From contig DAOSXA010000001.1 in NCBI GenBank assembly GCA_035380245.1, positions 145,925 through 209,924 of the forward strand: a stretch of 64,000 nt of DNA. Reading direction: 5' to 3'. The notes under the pieces are model-generated. The model was given only the letters and a program-made list of their open reading frames with translations. It did no database searches and had not been told where the DNA came from. The number at the start of each line of letters is the position of its first letter. Within the stretch, counting starts at the first letter, position 1. This document shows positions 1 to 10,374 of this stretch, piece after piece. This stretch comes from Candidatus Zixiibacteriota bacterium. GTDB lineage: Bacteria > Zixibacteria > MSB-5A5 > GN15 > FEB-12. Made by a program: the position numbers and the translations under genes.

Positions 1-67
1 CCTTCTCATCCTCCGTAACTGCACATTTAGTTCATCCATATAGATATTAAATAACTATTTGCTTCGA

Positions 68-1363
68 TTAAAATCTTATGCCGAAGTTCACCATAGTACA
101 AATCTGTGAATCATAGTGATTCATTCGTCTCTGAACACTTGCAACCGCGCCATATATATTGCCAGTGTACCAACCAATTGATAGCACGCTCAGCAACACT
201 CCCGCTCCAACATTATCTCTCGAAAATGCTTCATATGTTGATAGAATAAACAAACCATTTACAAGAAACGATGATATGGCCGTCCCCCTGTAACCGGCAT
301 AATAATAACCTAGACCGGGTACTATCGAGAGTATTCCGGCCTTCGTAGCACTTTTATTACCGATAATACTTCGTTCACGACAGAGATTCGCATCATCGAC
401 AGCAATTGACGAAAATTTAGAAGACTTTGATATTGTCTTAAATAACCTACCGGCCTCATCCCACTGGTGTTGGTTTACGAGGGCTATTCCTTGAAGAAAA
501 GAAATCTCATTACTAGTCATGTCAGACGATGGTTCAAGCTGACTCAAGTATTCAAAAGCCAATCTGTAATTTCCAAGTAGCAGATAACAACGTGCGATAT
601 CCACACCAAGCCTGGATTGGAAATAAACTGAATCAGGTCCCTCAATCAAACTCAGTCCCCACCAGGCTGCTTCTTGAAATTCCTCTGCACGCATGTAACA
701 TAGGAAAATAGACAGTGATGCCGACCTGCAATAGCTACTCATAGGATATTGCCACAGGAGTCTCTTGAATTCTATTGTTGCTTCAATCCAACTGTCAGTC
801 ATCATCAGTTGATTTGCAAAGCCCCATTGCAGACTGTCAGATGATCCGACATTTGAAGTTAATACACATGAAGCTTTATCACCTATTGATTCAGCAGAAG
901 GATTACTTGTCACAGATTCTTCGCGAGCGTCTATGTCCATACCAGTTGAGTCAATTACTTCGGATATTTGAAGTTCTAGTGAATCAATAAATCTCGGGTG
1001 ACCGGCGACAGTTATTGACTCATAATAATCCAAATCATGACCACAACGTAGCAGCCTGTCCGCTGTCAACAGCCATGCCTTCACTGGATTAAATCGTTCA
1101 AAAGCCAATCTGCTGTATGCGGAGCAGTGAGGCACCATTGGACATCCCGTTCCTTTGCTTGGACTTATTAGTGTTTGATACAGCGATAAACTACTCGATG
1201 CGAGTAATCGTTGTGGTGAAACGGGAGTCGGTTGTTTTAGCTGATTCTTTCCTGATCCACCTTCACTCTCGACATATGCCGGCTTTGAGATAACCACCTG
1301 GCTCGCTTGACAACAAGCGTTAGCCGTAAAGCCTAATAGTTGAACAACAACACTGATGAGCAA
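68..1363 (-). CDS. YidD-domain (membrane protein insertion efficiency factor-like) protein fused to a helical TPR-like region and C-terminal transmembrane segments
   Basis: 431-aa ORF. It carries the YidD/DUF37 signature YQTLISPSKGTGCPMVPHCSAYSRLAFERFNPVKAWLLTADRLLRCGHD and a hydrophobic C-terminus (GILSIVPGLGYYYAGY...LLSVLSIGWYTGNIYG). The start is uncertain: TTG at 1363 has no SD, while an in-frame ATT at 1381 lies 4 nt after GGAGGG. Confidence 0.6.
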   Translation of the reverse strand: MLISVVVQLLGFTANACCQASQVVISKPAYVESEGGSGKNQLKQPTPVSPQRLLASSSLSLYQTLISPSKGTGCPMVPHCSAYSRLAFERFNPVKAWLLTADRLLRCGHDLDYYESITVAGHPRFIDSLELQISEVIDSTGMDIDAREESVTSNPSAESIGDKASCVLTSNVGSSDSLQWGFANQLMMTDSWIEATIEFKRLLWQYPMSSYCRSASLSIFLCYMRAEEFQEAAWWGLSLIEGPDSVYFQSRLGVDIARCYLLLGNYRLAFEYLSQLEPSSDMTSNEISFLQGIALVNQHQWDEAGRLFKTISKSSKFSSIAVDDANLCRERSIIGNKSATKAGILSIVPGLGYYYAGYRGTAISSFLVNGLFILSTYEAFSRDNVGAGVLLSVLSIGWYTGNIYGAVASVQRRMNHYDSQICTMVNFGIRF

Positions 1364-1752
1364 AACTAAGAAGCTTCTAATGCTACCCTCCGATGAAGGA
1401 TTATCAGTAGGTTTGATTACAGTTTACATGATTATGGGGTATTTTGTCAAGTATCATTGATAGACAAAAGAACCAATGTTGAAAACAGAAAGCCGGAGTC
1501 TCATCGACTCCGACTTTCACGATCAAGACGATTTTATATAATGGTAAGCGTTTCTGCGCAACGATAGTTTTTCTATCAGGGGGCAAACAACCTGACCGGC
1601 ATTTAATACAGCTCCATTAATAAGCTAGGCGTCAAGGTAAATCACTGACGCCTGGTTGGTCATTATCAAATGATTCGAGAGGTGTCGGGTTTCTGTGTTC
1701 CCGGGGCTTCACCCCCGCTCACTTCGGAATCCGACCTACGACAGCGGCGGAG

Positions 1753-1774
1753 TTCCCACCCGTGGACGGATGGG
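1753..1774. repeat. REP-like palindromic unit (CCCACCCG-N4-CGGATGGG)
   Basis: The 22-mer ttcccacccgtggacggatggg is identical to 28656-28677. It belongs to the hairpin family clustered at 28307-28677. Confidence 0.7.
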
Positions 1775-1897
1775 TCACCAGCCGGAGAGCTCGCATGAAA
1801 ACGCCCGGGATCTCGGGAATACCGGGCTACGGCGGTTGTTGCCGGTGCTGAAAACCACAGCATCACCAGTAGGACAGGGATACCGGGCTACGGACTT

Positions 1898-1922
1898 GGG
1901 CACGTCTCGGAGAGACGTGCCC
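1898..1922 (-). terminator. Stable hairpin downstream of lysS (possible terminator or REP-like element)
   Basis: Perfect 11-bp inverted repeat gggcacgtctc/gagacgtgccc, 13 nt after the lysS stop. There is no U-tract. The same gtctcggagagac core recurs at 10531-10543. Confidence 0.3.
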
Positions 1923-1935
1923 AACAATTCCTGTC

Positions 1936-3519
1936 TTAGTCTTCGCCCTCTTCCTCGGCCAGTTGGACGAGGATTTTCGAGACCGGTACGTTGCCTTCCT
2001 TGATATCCTTCATCTGCGGGAAAAGCAGGACGTCGCGGATGTTGTGCTGATTGGTCAGCAACATGATCAAACGATCGATGCCGAATCCCAGTCCACCGGT
2101 CGGCGGCATGCCGTAAGCCAGCGCGGTGATAAAATCATCATCGAGCGGCTGGGCCTCTTCGTCACCGGCTTCGAGCGCTTTTCCCTGCTGGAGGAAACGC
2201 TGGATCTGGTCGATCGGATCGTTCAACTCGCTGAAAGCGTTTCCCATTTCCTGGGTGGCGATAAACAGCTCGAAGCGCTCCGTCAACCGCTCGTGGTCGC
2301 GATGAGCCTTGGCCAGCGGTGAGATTTCTTTGGGGAAATCGGTAATGAAAGTCGGCTGAACCAACGTCGGCTCGACCGCACTCTCCCAGACCGCCTCGAC
2401 CACCTTGCCCCAATTGATCAGCTTCTCGACATCCTCGACATACGGCTTAGCCGCAGTTTTGGCTTCCTCGAAACTCATCGGACCGAAATCGACCCCGGTC
2501 GCCTCCTTGATCGAGTCGATCATCGACACCCAGCGGAACTCCGGCTCGAAATCAATCATGTGGTCGCCGTAGGGAATGCGATAAGTCCCATGGAGCTCGA
2601 ACACCACGTGCCGGAACATCTCTTCGATCAGCCGGGCGATATCGCGATAGTCGGCGTAAGCCCAGTAGAGTTCGATCATCGAGAATTCCGGATTGTGCAG
2701 ACGGTCGATCCCCTCGTTGCGGAAATCCTTGCACATCTCCCAGACCTTCTCGAAACCGCCCACGATCAACCGCTTGAGATAAAGTTCGTCGGCAATGCGC
2801 AGATACAACTCACGACTCAGGCGGTTGTGGTAGGTCTTGAACGGCAGCGCGTTACCGCCGCCGTAGAGCGGCTGCAGAATCGGCGTCTCGACCTCAAGGA
2901 AACCGCGCTCGTTAAGGAAATCACGGATCAATTGAATAATCCGAGTGCGTTGCCGGAAAACATCGCGCACCTCGGGATTGACGATCAGATCGGCATAGCG
3001 CCGACGATACCGCGTTTCGACATCGGTCAGCCCGGCGTGCTTGTCCGGCAACGGATGAAGCGCCTTGCAGAGCAACTCGAATGATTCGATCGAAAGGGTC
3101 TTCTCACCTGTACGGGTAACGAACAAGGTTCCTTCACAACCGAGAATATCGCCGAGATCAAGCGAGTCGAACAGAGCATAAGCCTCCTCACCCACGTTGT
3201 TGAGCTTGGCGTACACCTGAATTCGTTCGGAACCGTCGCGAATGTCGGCAAAGGTCGATTTACCCATTTTCCGTTTGAGCATGATTCTTCCCGCCACGCG
3301 CACTTTGGTTGCATCGGCCGCGAACTGCTCGAATTTCTCCCGCAACTCGGCGATATCATGCGTGCGTGTGTAACGATACGGGTAGGCGTTGATCCCTTCC
3401 TCCCGCAACTGACGAACTTTGGTCAGACGGGTGCGTATCAACTCCGCCAGCGGAATCTGGGTCTCACTGTCGGAAGGGACCTGATTGTTGGCCTGGGGCT
3501 CATCCTGAGAATGGGTCAT
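1936..3519 (-). CDS. lysS: Lysine--tRNA ligase (class II)
   Basis: 527 aa. Class II aaRS motifs are present (FRNEGIDRLHNPEFSMIELYWAY; GMPPTGGLGFGIDRLIMLL), with an N-terminal OB-fold region. Confidence 0.95.
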   Translation of the reverse strand: MTHSQDEPQANNQVPSDSETQIPLAELIRTRLTKVRQLREEGINAYPYRYTRTHDIAELREKFEQFAADATKVRVAGRIMLKRKMGKSTFADIRDGSERIQVYAKLNNVGEEAYALFDSLDLGDILGCEGTLFVTRTGEKTLSIESFELLCKALHPLPDKHAGLTDVETRYRRRYADLIVNPEVRDVFRQRTRIIQLIRDFLNERGFLEVETPILQPLYGGGNALPFKTYHNRLSRELYLRIADELYLKRLIVGGFEKVWEMCKDFRNEGIDRLHNPEFSMIELYWAYADYRDIARLIEEMFRHVVFELHGTYRIPYGDHMIDFEPEFRWVSMIDSIKEATGVDFGPMSFEEAKTAAKPYVEDVEKLINWGKVVEAVWESAVEPTLVQPTFITDFPKEISPLAKAHRDHERLTERFELFIATQEMGNAFSELNDPIDQIQRFLQQGKALEAGDEEAQPLDDDFITALAYGMPPTGGLGFGIDRLIMLLTNQHNIRDVLLFPQMKDIKEGNVPVSKILVQLAEEEGED

Positions 3520-3603
3520 AATAGAATCTCTGAAAAAGAAGGTAACGTTATATAGATCATTTGTTCTGCCTGTCGGGATTCCTCATGAGGGCGACAGCGC
3601 TGC

Positions 3604-4104
3604 TTAGCGCGAGGTTTTTTTAACGATAGCCGCAGCCACCAGCTCCGGGACCAGTGAGGTGATATCGCCACCGTGAAAAGCGACATCCTTGACGATAGTC
3701 GAGGACAAATAAACCCAGGACAATGCCGGCATTAAAAACACCGTCTCGATATCCCGAGCCAGTTTGCGGTTCATCAAAGCCATTTGAAATTCGAATTCAA
3801 AATCGGATACGGCTCGCAAACCGCGAACAATCGCCGTCACGTTCAACTCCATGGCCAGATTAGCCAGGAGTCCGTCGAAACCGATTACCTCGGCCCTATC
3901 TTCATACCCCTCCAGCGCGACAACCTGGCGGACCATTTCGATTCGTTCATCATAAGTGAACATGGGGTCCTTGGCTTCGCTCCTGGCCACCGCTACGTAG
4001 AGCCGGTCAAAAAGATTCAGCCCGCGCTCGATCAGCGAGATATGACCATTGGTAACCGGATCGAAAGTTCCGGGGTATATTGCTATGCGTTGCTGTTGAC
4101 TCAT
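3604..4104 (-). CDS. coaD: Phosphopantetheine adenylyltransferase
   Basis: 166 aa with the IAIYPGTFDPVTNGHISLIERG nucleotidyltransferase motif. Length is typical for the family. Confidence 0.92.
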   Translation of the reverse strand: MSQQQRIAIYPGTFDPVTNGHISLIERGLNLFDRLYVAVARSEAKDPMFTYDERIEMVRQVVALEGYEDRAEVIGFDGLLANLAMELNVTAIVRGLRAVSDFEFEFQMALMNRKLARDIETVFLMPALSWVYLSSTIVKDVAFHGGDITSLVPELVAAAIVKKTSR

Positions 4105-4321
4105 CGTATCGTCTTATCCTCTTAAGGCGGGACAATATAACGATTGATCGCCAAAGTGCAAACGATTAAACATTCCGCGCCTGACAGACCCTGTCGAAAA
4201 CGCTCCTTCACGGCAAAGACAGGCCGTTTTGCTATACCGCCTGGAACCCTTAGCAGGCGATTTTGTATCGCCGGCATTGAGGTTGTTATTTGAATTGGAT
4301 ATAGAACCGCACGGCCATTCG

Positions 4322-5182
4322 TCACTCCGGTACGGTCAGACCGAGAGCAACCAGGTATTTTTCCAGCGGTATTTTCTCGGCTTGTCCCGGATTGCGGAAA
4401 AAGCCCCCGGATATGCTCGGCCAGGCCACCTCGACTCGAAACAGCTCGGTAATTGCCGCCCGGATCGGTTCGCTAAGACAATCCCCGGACAATACCAATC
4501 CCGATAGCGGCCGACTGATACCGTTTTCTGACAGAGCCGACAGTTTAAGCCCCACCAGCATCTTCAACTCGGTCGCCATTCGGCCTATCCCTCCGGCATC
4601 ATCCAGATCGAACCGTCCCGCCGCAAGATGCGCCACCTGAGCCGGTCGCCCTTTATAAATCAAGGCAACCGAGATAATCTCCCGGCCAACATCAACCAGA
4701 CAAACGAAATCACCCGAGGTCTGTTTACAAAAATGCAGATAACCCAGGGCAAGGGCAACCCCGCGCGAGCGAACGGTACCCCGGTTGCCGTTGTCGCGCG
4801 GCGGCAACAGTCCCGTCAATTGATCGAGCAATTCACCCCTGATCGCCGTGGCGAGCCATCGGTCCGGTTGGGCGGTTTCATAGGCAGAATAAAGAAACAC
4901 CTGTTCGTCCTCGATCAATGTCTGCGACAGTTCGAACTGTGCCAACAACAACGGATCATGTTTCCCGGGATTCGGCAGTAATAAGTTTTTTGAGATGGCC
5001 CGGTTATCCGCCACCGAAAAACGAACCTGTCCATCCTGTACCAGATGATGCTCTCCCAGATTGGCCCGGTCGAACCGCGCCAGCGCCCGTATTTCCGGTC
5101 GGCCGGAGTTATCATGCACCCGTGCGATATAGAAGAAATCGCCTCGATTATCAACTCCGATAACAGCAGGGATATCGCTCAT
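4322..5182 (-). CDS. Hypothetical protein, weakly PilM/actin-like ATPase fold
   Basis: 286 aa. The N-terminal IGVDNRGDFFYIARV and C-terminal EKYLVALGLTV resemble PilM-family ends. No clear ATP-binding motifs. The 4-nt overlap with the upstream ComEA-like gene suggests an operon. Confidence 0.3.
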   Translation of the reverse strand: MSDIPAVIGVDNRGDFFYIARVHDNSGRPEIRALARFDRANLGEHHLVQDGQVRFSVADNRAISKNLLLPNPGKHDPLLLAQFELSQTLIEDEQVFLYSAYETAQPDRWLATAIRGELLDQLTGLLPPRDNGNRGTVRSRGVALALGYLHFCKQTSGDFVCLVDVGREIISVALIYKGRPAQVAHLAAGRFDLDDAGGIGRMATELKMLVGLKLSALSENGISRPLSGLVLSGDCLSEPIRAAITELFRVEVAWPSISGGFFRNPGQAEKIPLEKYLVALGLTVPE

Positions 5183-5610
5183 TCGGCGCTCACTTTCAAA
5201 AACGGTCTGATCTTCTCAAGCGTGGCCGGTCCGATCCCCGGGATATTCGTCAAGTCAGCGAGACTGTCAAAACGATGGTTTTGGCGATATTCGACGATAC
5301 GTCGCGACAACACCGGACCGAGATGCCGGACCAATTCGAGCGAATCAAGCGGCGCCGTGTTGATATCGACCTGGAAAAAGCCCTCGTAATTGTTTTCGGT
5401 CTCGGTCGTGATCGGGGCATATTCCGGCGGCGCCTGCTGCGAGGAGGCATGACTGCGAATGAATGTAAAGGTCGCCAACATCACCGCCGTAGCCGACAAC
5501 AGACCGACAAACCAAAGTTGACGGCGGGTAAAATCGAAATAGCGGTTCAGGCCCAAAACATCCTCACATTTCTTCGTTGTAAAAAAGACGCGCAAAGATA
5601 CTAAACGCAT
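5179..5610 (-). CDS. ComEA-like helix-hairpin-helix DNA-binding protein
   Basis: 143 aa. N-terminal TM segment, then tandem HhH (VDINTAPLDSLELVRHLGPVLSRRIVEYR...LTNIPGIGPATLEKIRPFL). Confidence 0.7.
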   Translation of the reverse strand: MRLVSLRVFFTTKKCEDVLGLNRYFDFTRRQLWFVGLLSATAVMLATFTFIRSHASSQQAPPEYAPITTETENNYEGFFQVDINTAPLDSLELVRHLGPVLSRRIVEYRQNHRFDSLADLTNIPGIGPATLEKIRPFLKVSAE

Positions 5611-5778
5611 TCTGTAAAAGCAACCGGGGGGCTTGAAATCAACGGCGAGTGGAAGATATTGATTCGGCGCAGGTTCGAAGACGGACCTGCACTACGGGGA
5701 TACGTGCACTTCGCTCATTGGCAGGTCCCGGGGGAAGATATCTGCCATACATCGTAAGGTATTTTATGAAGAAGAAAG

Positions 5779-6333
5779 TCAGGGTTGTTCAACGCCCGCA
5801 CCGAAAAGCGTCCCTCGGACTTCGCGCATAATCTTGAACCGGGTGATCTCCTGATCGGAGCGGAATCCATAGCCGGTGGCCCATTCATTCTCTTTGGTTA
5901 TCCGCACGAACTCATCGGTGGAAATTTCATCGCCGTACGAATCCCAGCGCAAATACTCGGTCTGCAGTTTATAACCGTTGCGACTGACCAGCAACACATT
6001 GCCGTAGATATCCATCAGGCCGGTACCCTCACGGATCACCGCTGAGTCCCCCTTGAGCATGCCGCTGGGCATCCCGGTCGAGTCATAACCGTTGATATTC
6101 ACGACATAGGCCATGCCGGAATCGATGGCCTCGAACTGCACATAATGCTCGAACTGAATGGTGGAAGTCACCACTCCTTTATCGGAGAGGTTGATGATCG
6201 CCTGAAACATCTCCGAATCCGGCACCAGAACGGAGTCGGCATCGCCTCGGTCGCTGACAGCCTCACGTTCCGAGCACCCAACGGCGGCCAGAAGAACTGC
6301 CGGGGCCAAATATGTCAGAATTCGGTTAATCAT
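5779..6333 (-). CDS. LptC-like LPS export protein (lipoprotein form)
   Basis: 184 aa with lipobox LLAAVGC. The C-terminal LQTEYLRWDSYGDEISTDEFVRITKENEWATGYGFRSD fits the LptC pattern. Sits directly downstream of the kdsA-kdsC-kdsD-acyltransferase genes. Confidence 0.5.
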   Translation of the reverse strand: MINRILTYLAPAVLLAAVGCSEREAVSDRGDADSVLVPDSEMFQAIINLSDKGVVTSTIQFEHYVQFEAIDSGMAYVVNINGYDSTGMPSGMLKGDSAVIREGTGLMDIYGNVLLVSRNGYKLQTEYLRWDSYGDEISTDEFVRITKENEWATGYGFRSDQEITRFKIMREVRGTLFGAGVEQP

Positions 6334-6383
6334 CTTCTATTATACGGTTCGGGACCTGCAATGTTAATAATATCGGCAGAAAG

Positions 6384-7292
6384 TCAAGCAGAGTTTCGCG
6401 GTGAGGTAAGCCAGCGGTTTTTCATCCAGATCCACTGATCCCGATATTGATCGATTATCTCTTCCAGAACAGCCGTACAGGCGGCGGTCATCCGGTCCAC
6501 ATCGGCATCGAAATTATCACTACGCTCAATCTTCACTTCCGGCCGGAAAATCAACCGATAGCGATCTCGCTCGGTCCGAAGACAGGCGCAGGGGACAAAC
6601 GCCGATCCAGCCCTAAGTCCGATATTAGTCTGGCCGATAGGAGTCAGGGCCAGTCGACCGAACACCGGTACGAAGGTGCTGCGAATACGGATTGAGTCGA
6701 TATCGATCAGCACCCCCAACACCCCTCCGTTTTTCAGCCAGGTCAGGATTTTTCGAGCGGAGTCGGTGGTAGAGATATTGTGGACGCCGAGCGCCTCACG
6801 ATTCTCGACCAGCATTTTATCGAGACGCCGGTCGTACATTTCCCGGCCAATCACAGCAGTCTTGTACCCTAGACCAGCCACGTGAACTGCCAACAATTCG
6901 AAATTTCCCAGGTGCCCGGTAAAGCCGATTACCCCTTTTCCCGCTTTGTAGGCCCGGTCCAGATGTTCCAGCCCCTCGACCTCGATCAATTCCCTGATCT
7001 CCGAGTTATAGTGCCGTCGAAAGCGCAGGACCTCGACCAGGCTCTTGCCCGAACCGACGAAAAAACGCTGGGCCGTACGCTCCTTTTCGCGATAGCTCAT
7101 CTCGTCGCCGTAAACCAGCGAAAGATGCCGCACTATTTTATAGCGCTCCTTCGGCAACAATCCCCAGGCCATAAGCCCCAGTGTCGCTCCGACAAAGAGC
7201 GCCGCTTTACGCGGCAGGCAATTCAGCAGGGAGTTCATGGTCCGGGTCAGAAAAAGTGTGAGACCTCGCTTGAGTCGCTTGGTCAGTCGCAT
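6384..7292 (-). CDS. Lipid A biosynthesis (LpxL/HtrB-family) lysophospholipid acyltransferase
   Basis: 302 aa with an N-terminal TM segment and an HxxxxE acyltransferase motif (FTGHLGNFELLA). Lies in Kdo/LPS context. Confidence 0.7.
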   Translation of the reverse strand: MRLTKRLKRGLTLFLTRTMNSLLNCLPRKAALFVGATLGLMAWGLLPKERYKIVRHLSLVYGDEMSYREKERTAQRFFVGSGKSLVEVLRFRRHYNSEIRELIEVEGLEHLDRAYKAGKGVIGFTGHLGNFELLAVHVAGLGYKTAVIGREMYDRRLDKMLVENREALGVHNISTTDSARKILTWLKNGGVLGVLIDIDSIRIRSTFVPVFGRLALTPIGQTNIGLRAGSAFVPCACLRTERDRYRLIFRPEVKIERSDNFDADVDRMTAACTAVLEEIIDQYRDQWIWMKNRWLTSPRNSA

Positions 7293-7295
7293 AGC

Positions 7296-8261
7296 TCAGA
7301 CCAGTTTGGATTTGAGGATGTCGTGCAGATGAATCAAACCCGACAGGCGGCCCTCGGGGTCAATCGTCACCAGTTGTGTGATGGCATGTTGCTCCATGGT
7401 AGCCAGAGCGGTGTCCAGCAGGACGGTATCCCGGATCAGCTTCGGTCGTGGATTCATCACCTCGCTCGCTCTGAAACGGAAAATATCCTCCTCGCGCTCG
7501 GCCAGTCGCCGCAGATCGCCGTCGGTGAACATCCCCGCCGGGCGACCGTCGTCACCGACCATCACCACGCAACCGAGCCGCTTTGAGGTCATCTGGAGAA
7601 TCATCTCTTTCATTGTCGCATCCGCTCCGACCAGCGGCATCGCTTCACCGGTGTGGTACACTTCGTTAACCCGCTTGAGAAGGCGTCGCCCGATAAATCC
7701 GCCCGGATGAAGCTGAGCAAAATCCTCAGCGGAAAAATCACGAGCCTCAAGCAAAGCCAGCGCCAGTGCGTCACCCATGACCAGTGCTGCGGTCGAGGAT
7801 GAAGTCGGCACCAGGTTGTTGGGGCAGGCCTCACGTTCGATCGAGCAGTCCAGAATGATATCGGCTCGCTCGGCCAACTCCGATTCGAGCGTGGCGGTGA
7901 GAAGGATTATTTTTATGCCAAGCCGTTTGGCGGTCGAGACAATAATCTCCATCTCCCCCAACCGGCCGGATTTGGAAATCAGCAACAGGATGTCATCGGC
8001 TCGCACCAGGCCCAGGTCGCCGTGCATGGCTTCGGCCGGATGCAGGAAAAACGAGGATATCCCGGTCGAGTTGAACGTTGCGGCGATCTTTTTTCCGACC
8101 AACCCGGATTTTCCCATACCGGCCACGATTACCCGCCCTCGACATCGCAACACCTCGGCGGCCGCATCGGCAAACGAGGGTCCGATCCGATCCGCCATCG
8201 CGGCGACCGATTTCGCCTCATGGCGAATCACCTCGCGGGCGTATTCGATAAGGTCTTTCAT
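7296..8261 (-). CDS. kdsD: Arabinose-5-phosphate isomerase (KpsF/GutQ family; SIS + 2 CBS)
   Basis: 321 aa. SIS motif GRVIVAGMGKSGLVGKKIAATFNSTG, with a C-terminal CBS pair. Confidence 0.9.
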   Translation of the reverse strand: MKDLIEYAREVIRHEAKSVAAMADRIGPSFADAAAEVLRCRGRVIVAGMGKSGLVGKKIAATFNSTGISSFFLHPAEAMHGDLGLVRADDILLLISKSGRLGEMEIIVSTAKRLGIKIILLTATLESELAERADIILDCSIEREACPNNLVPTSSSTAALVMGDALALALLEARDFSAEDFAQLHPGGFIGRRLLKRVNEVYHTGEAMPLVGADATMKEMILQMTSKRLGCVVMVGDDGRPAGMFTDGDLRRLAEREEDIFRFRASEVMNPRPKLIRDTVLLDTALATMEQHAITQLVTIDPEGRLSGLIHLHDILKSKLV

Positions 8262-8788
8262 ATTACGAAATCCCTCGGGCTTTTTCCGCGCGATTCAAAA
8301 TATGCTTCCACAACTTCTCGCACCGCTCCATGACCACCCTTGATTGCAGTTACATAGTCGGCGACTTCGAGCAAACCGGTGGCGGAATCAGCAACGGCAA
8401 TTCCCAGGCCGGCTTTCTCGACCAGCGGAATATCGAGCAACTCGTTGCCGACAAAGGCCAATTCCTCGAATTTAATCCCCAGTTTCTTCAGCAGCGGCGT
8501 GATCTGATCCACCTTGTTTTTCATTTCCTGGAGAACATGTTTGACGCCGAGGTCTTTCATGCGCGTGTCGGTCGCCGCCGAATAACGTCCCGAAACCACC
8601 GCCACTTCGAGCCCGGAACGCATCGCCAATACGATAAAAAAACCATCCGAGATATTGAACCGTTTCATCTCGAAACCGTCGGGGCCGAAATATATACTGT
8701 CGTCGGTCAGGACACCGTCGACATCGAGCGCCAGCATTTTAATCGTTTTGAAACGCTCGACAAACTGTTCACGGGTAAGACGGCTCAT
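8258..8788 (-). CDS. kdsC: 3-deoxy-D-manno-octulosonate 8-phosphate phosphatase (HAD)
   Basis: 176 aa with HAD motifs [11 protein letters not shown] and [11 protein letters not shown]. Overlaps kdsD by 4 nt. Confidence 0.85.
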   Translation of the reverse strand: MSRLTREQFVERFKTIKMLALDVDGVLTDDSIYFGPDGFEMKRFNISDGFFIVLAMRSGLEVAVVSGRYSAATDTRMKDLGVKHVLQEMKNKVDQITPLLKKLGIKFEELAFVGNELLDIPLVEKAGLGIAVADSATGLLEVADYVTAIKGGHGAVREVVEAYFESRGKSPRDFVI

Positions 8789-9594
8789 ACGTTCGGTCCT
8801 GACTGCCGAATGCGGTTGATTTCATCGAGCAGGTGCGGCATCCGGTCCAGGGGAAGCATCGCTCCGGCATCGGACAGCGCTTCTTTGGGATTGGGGTGCG
8901 TTTCGATAAAGAGACCGTCGATCCCCACCGCTACCCCGGCGCGAGCCATTGGAATCACGAACTCGGGCTGGCCGGTCGAGGTCTCCCCGGCTCCCGAGGG
9001 GAGCTGCAGCGAGTGGGTCACATCGTAGACGATTTTGAATCCGGTGCGACGCATGATCAACAGCGAGCGGAAATCGACCACCAGGTTGTGATAACCGAAT
9101 GACGATCCGCGCTCGGTCAGCATCACCTTGTCGGATTGAGCTTTGGCCGCCACCTTGGTCATGTCGTCCGGGGCCAAGAACTGTCCTTTTTTGATATTGA
9201 CCCAGCGGCCGGTTTGCCCGGCGGCGACGATCAGGTCGGTCTGCCGACAGAGAAAAGCCGGGATCTGGAGGACATCGGCCACTTCGGCCACTGCTTTGAT
9301 CTCAGATGTCTCGTGAATATCGGTCAGAACCGGTAAACCGGTTTTTTCCTTTACGGCCTGGAGGATTTTGAGCCCTTCATCGAGCCCCGGTCCGGTCGGT
9401 GAGTTGAGTGAAGTGCGATTGGCTTTTTTGTAAGAGCTTTTGAAAATGTAGGGAATACCGTGTTTGGCGGCCAATTCGGCTACTTTTTCGGCGGTTCGGA
9501 GACAGATTTCTTCCGACTCGATAACGCACGGTCCGGCAATGAGAAAAAACTCCCCACGCTGGACACGCTCCATGGTCTGGTCGTTGTTAGGCAA
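8785..9594 (-). CDS. kdsA: 2-dehydro-3-deoxyphosphooctonate aldolase
   Basis: 269 aa with [23 protein letters not shown] and DVTHSLQLP motifs. Confidence 0.93.
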   Translation of the reverse strand: MPNNDQTMERVQRGEFFLIAGPCVIESEEICLRTAEKVAELAAKHGIPYIFKSSYKKANRTSLNSPTGPGLDEGLKILQAVKEKTGLPVLTDIHETSEIKAVAEVADVLQIPAFLCRQTDLIVAAGQTGRWVNIKKGQFLAPDDMTKVAAKAQSDKVMLTERGSSFGYHNLVVDFRSLLIMRRTGFKIVYDVTHSLQLPSGAGETSTGQPEFVIPMARAGVAVGIDGLFIETHPNPKEALSDAGAMLPLDRMPHLLDEINRIRQSGPNV

Positions 9595-9627
9595 GCTGTA
9601 TCCCTGAAATTTTCGAACCCGCGCCGG

Positions 9628-10071
9628 TTATTCTTCTTTCATTCCACCATGGCGATAATACCATCGAATCACATCACCGTTGTCGGGAGTTACCCGGTCA
9701 CAGGCGGTGGGGAGTATTTCATCGTTAACGGTGTAAATCCAGAAATACCCGTCCGGCCCGCCGACCTCGTCGATATGAGTCACGAATGCTCCCTGCACTG
9801 AAGTCATGTTCTTGACCTTGAACGCTTTTTGAAGCAGTTGCAGAACAGTGAGGGAGTCCACGCCGGTCATTTCGATCACGACCGAGTCGCGGGGGTTATC
9901 GGGCTGGAGATAGACAAAATCCACACCACCGGGTGGTTCCGGCTGATCGTCGCTGGAACAGGCCGCGAGGATCATGGTAACGGTCAGGGCAGCCATCGCC
10001 AGCAGGATTAATGACCTGGTTCCAAGGAGAGCCTTCTGGTTCGATAGCTCCGGCTGCAAAATCGGTCTCAT
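9628..10071 (-). CDS. DUF4430-like lipoprotein
   Basis: 147 aa with lipobox ILAAC. FVTHIDEVGGPDGYFWIYTVNDEILPTACDRVTPDNGDVIRWYY resembles the DUF4430 (transcobalamin-like) fold. Confidence 0.45.
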   Translation of the reverse strand: MRPILQPELSNQKALLGTRSLILLAMAALTVTMILAACSSDDQPEPPGGVDFVYLQPDNPRDSVVIEMTGVDSLTVLQLLQKAFKVKNMTSVQGAFVTHIDEVGGPDGYFWIYTVNDEILPTACDRVTPDNGDVIRWYYRHGGMKEE

Positions 10072-10374
10072 ACACGCACCTCAACCTTGAGTGTTCTATT
10101 TCAAGACAGGTCAAGATACCGATTTACAGCCTTCAGTCAAGTTTGTGATTGGGGGGCTCTTTATGGCAGGTCCAAACTCCTGTCCGCTAAGGGAAGGCCG
10201 CTCGCAAAACGAGGTTTAGCATCTTTCAGCCTCGATCGAGTCCGCAAGTCCGCCTTCGAACCTGTGCGGACGGTTGGTGAGCAGCAAAGATACTCGTTTG
10301 TCTCGGGATATATAGAGATTGACAATATCCGGAAAAAGTCACCCCGGTGGTGGGGAATGTTGAAAAACCTCTTA

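Noticed and set aside
1620-1935. Structured-looking GC-rich non-coding region downstream of lysS, considered as tmRNA, RNase P RNA, 6S or SRP RNA
   Set aside because: I found no tRNA-like 3' end, no GGAAAGTCCGG-type RNase P core and no SRP GGAA/AGCA motif. It contains the dispersed CCCACCC hairpin and duplicated ataccgggctacgg motifs, so it is better explained as a REP-like repeat mosaic. A covariance-model scan would settle this.
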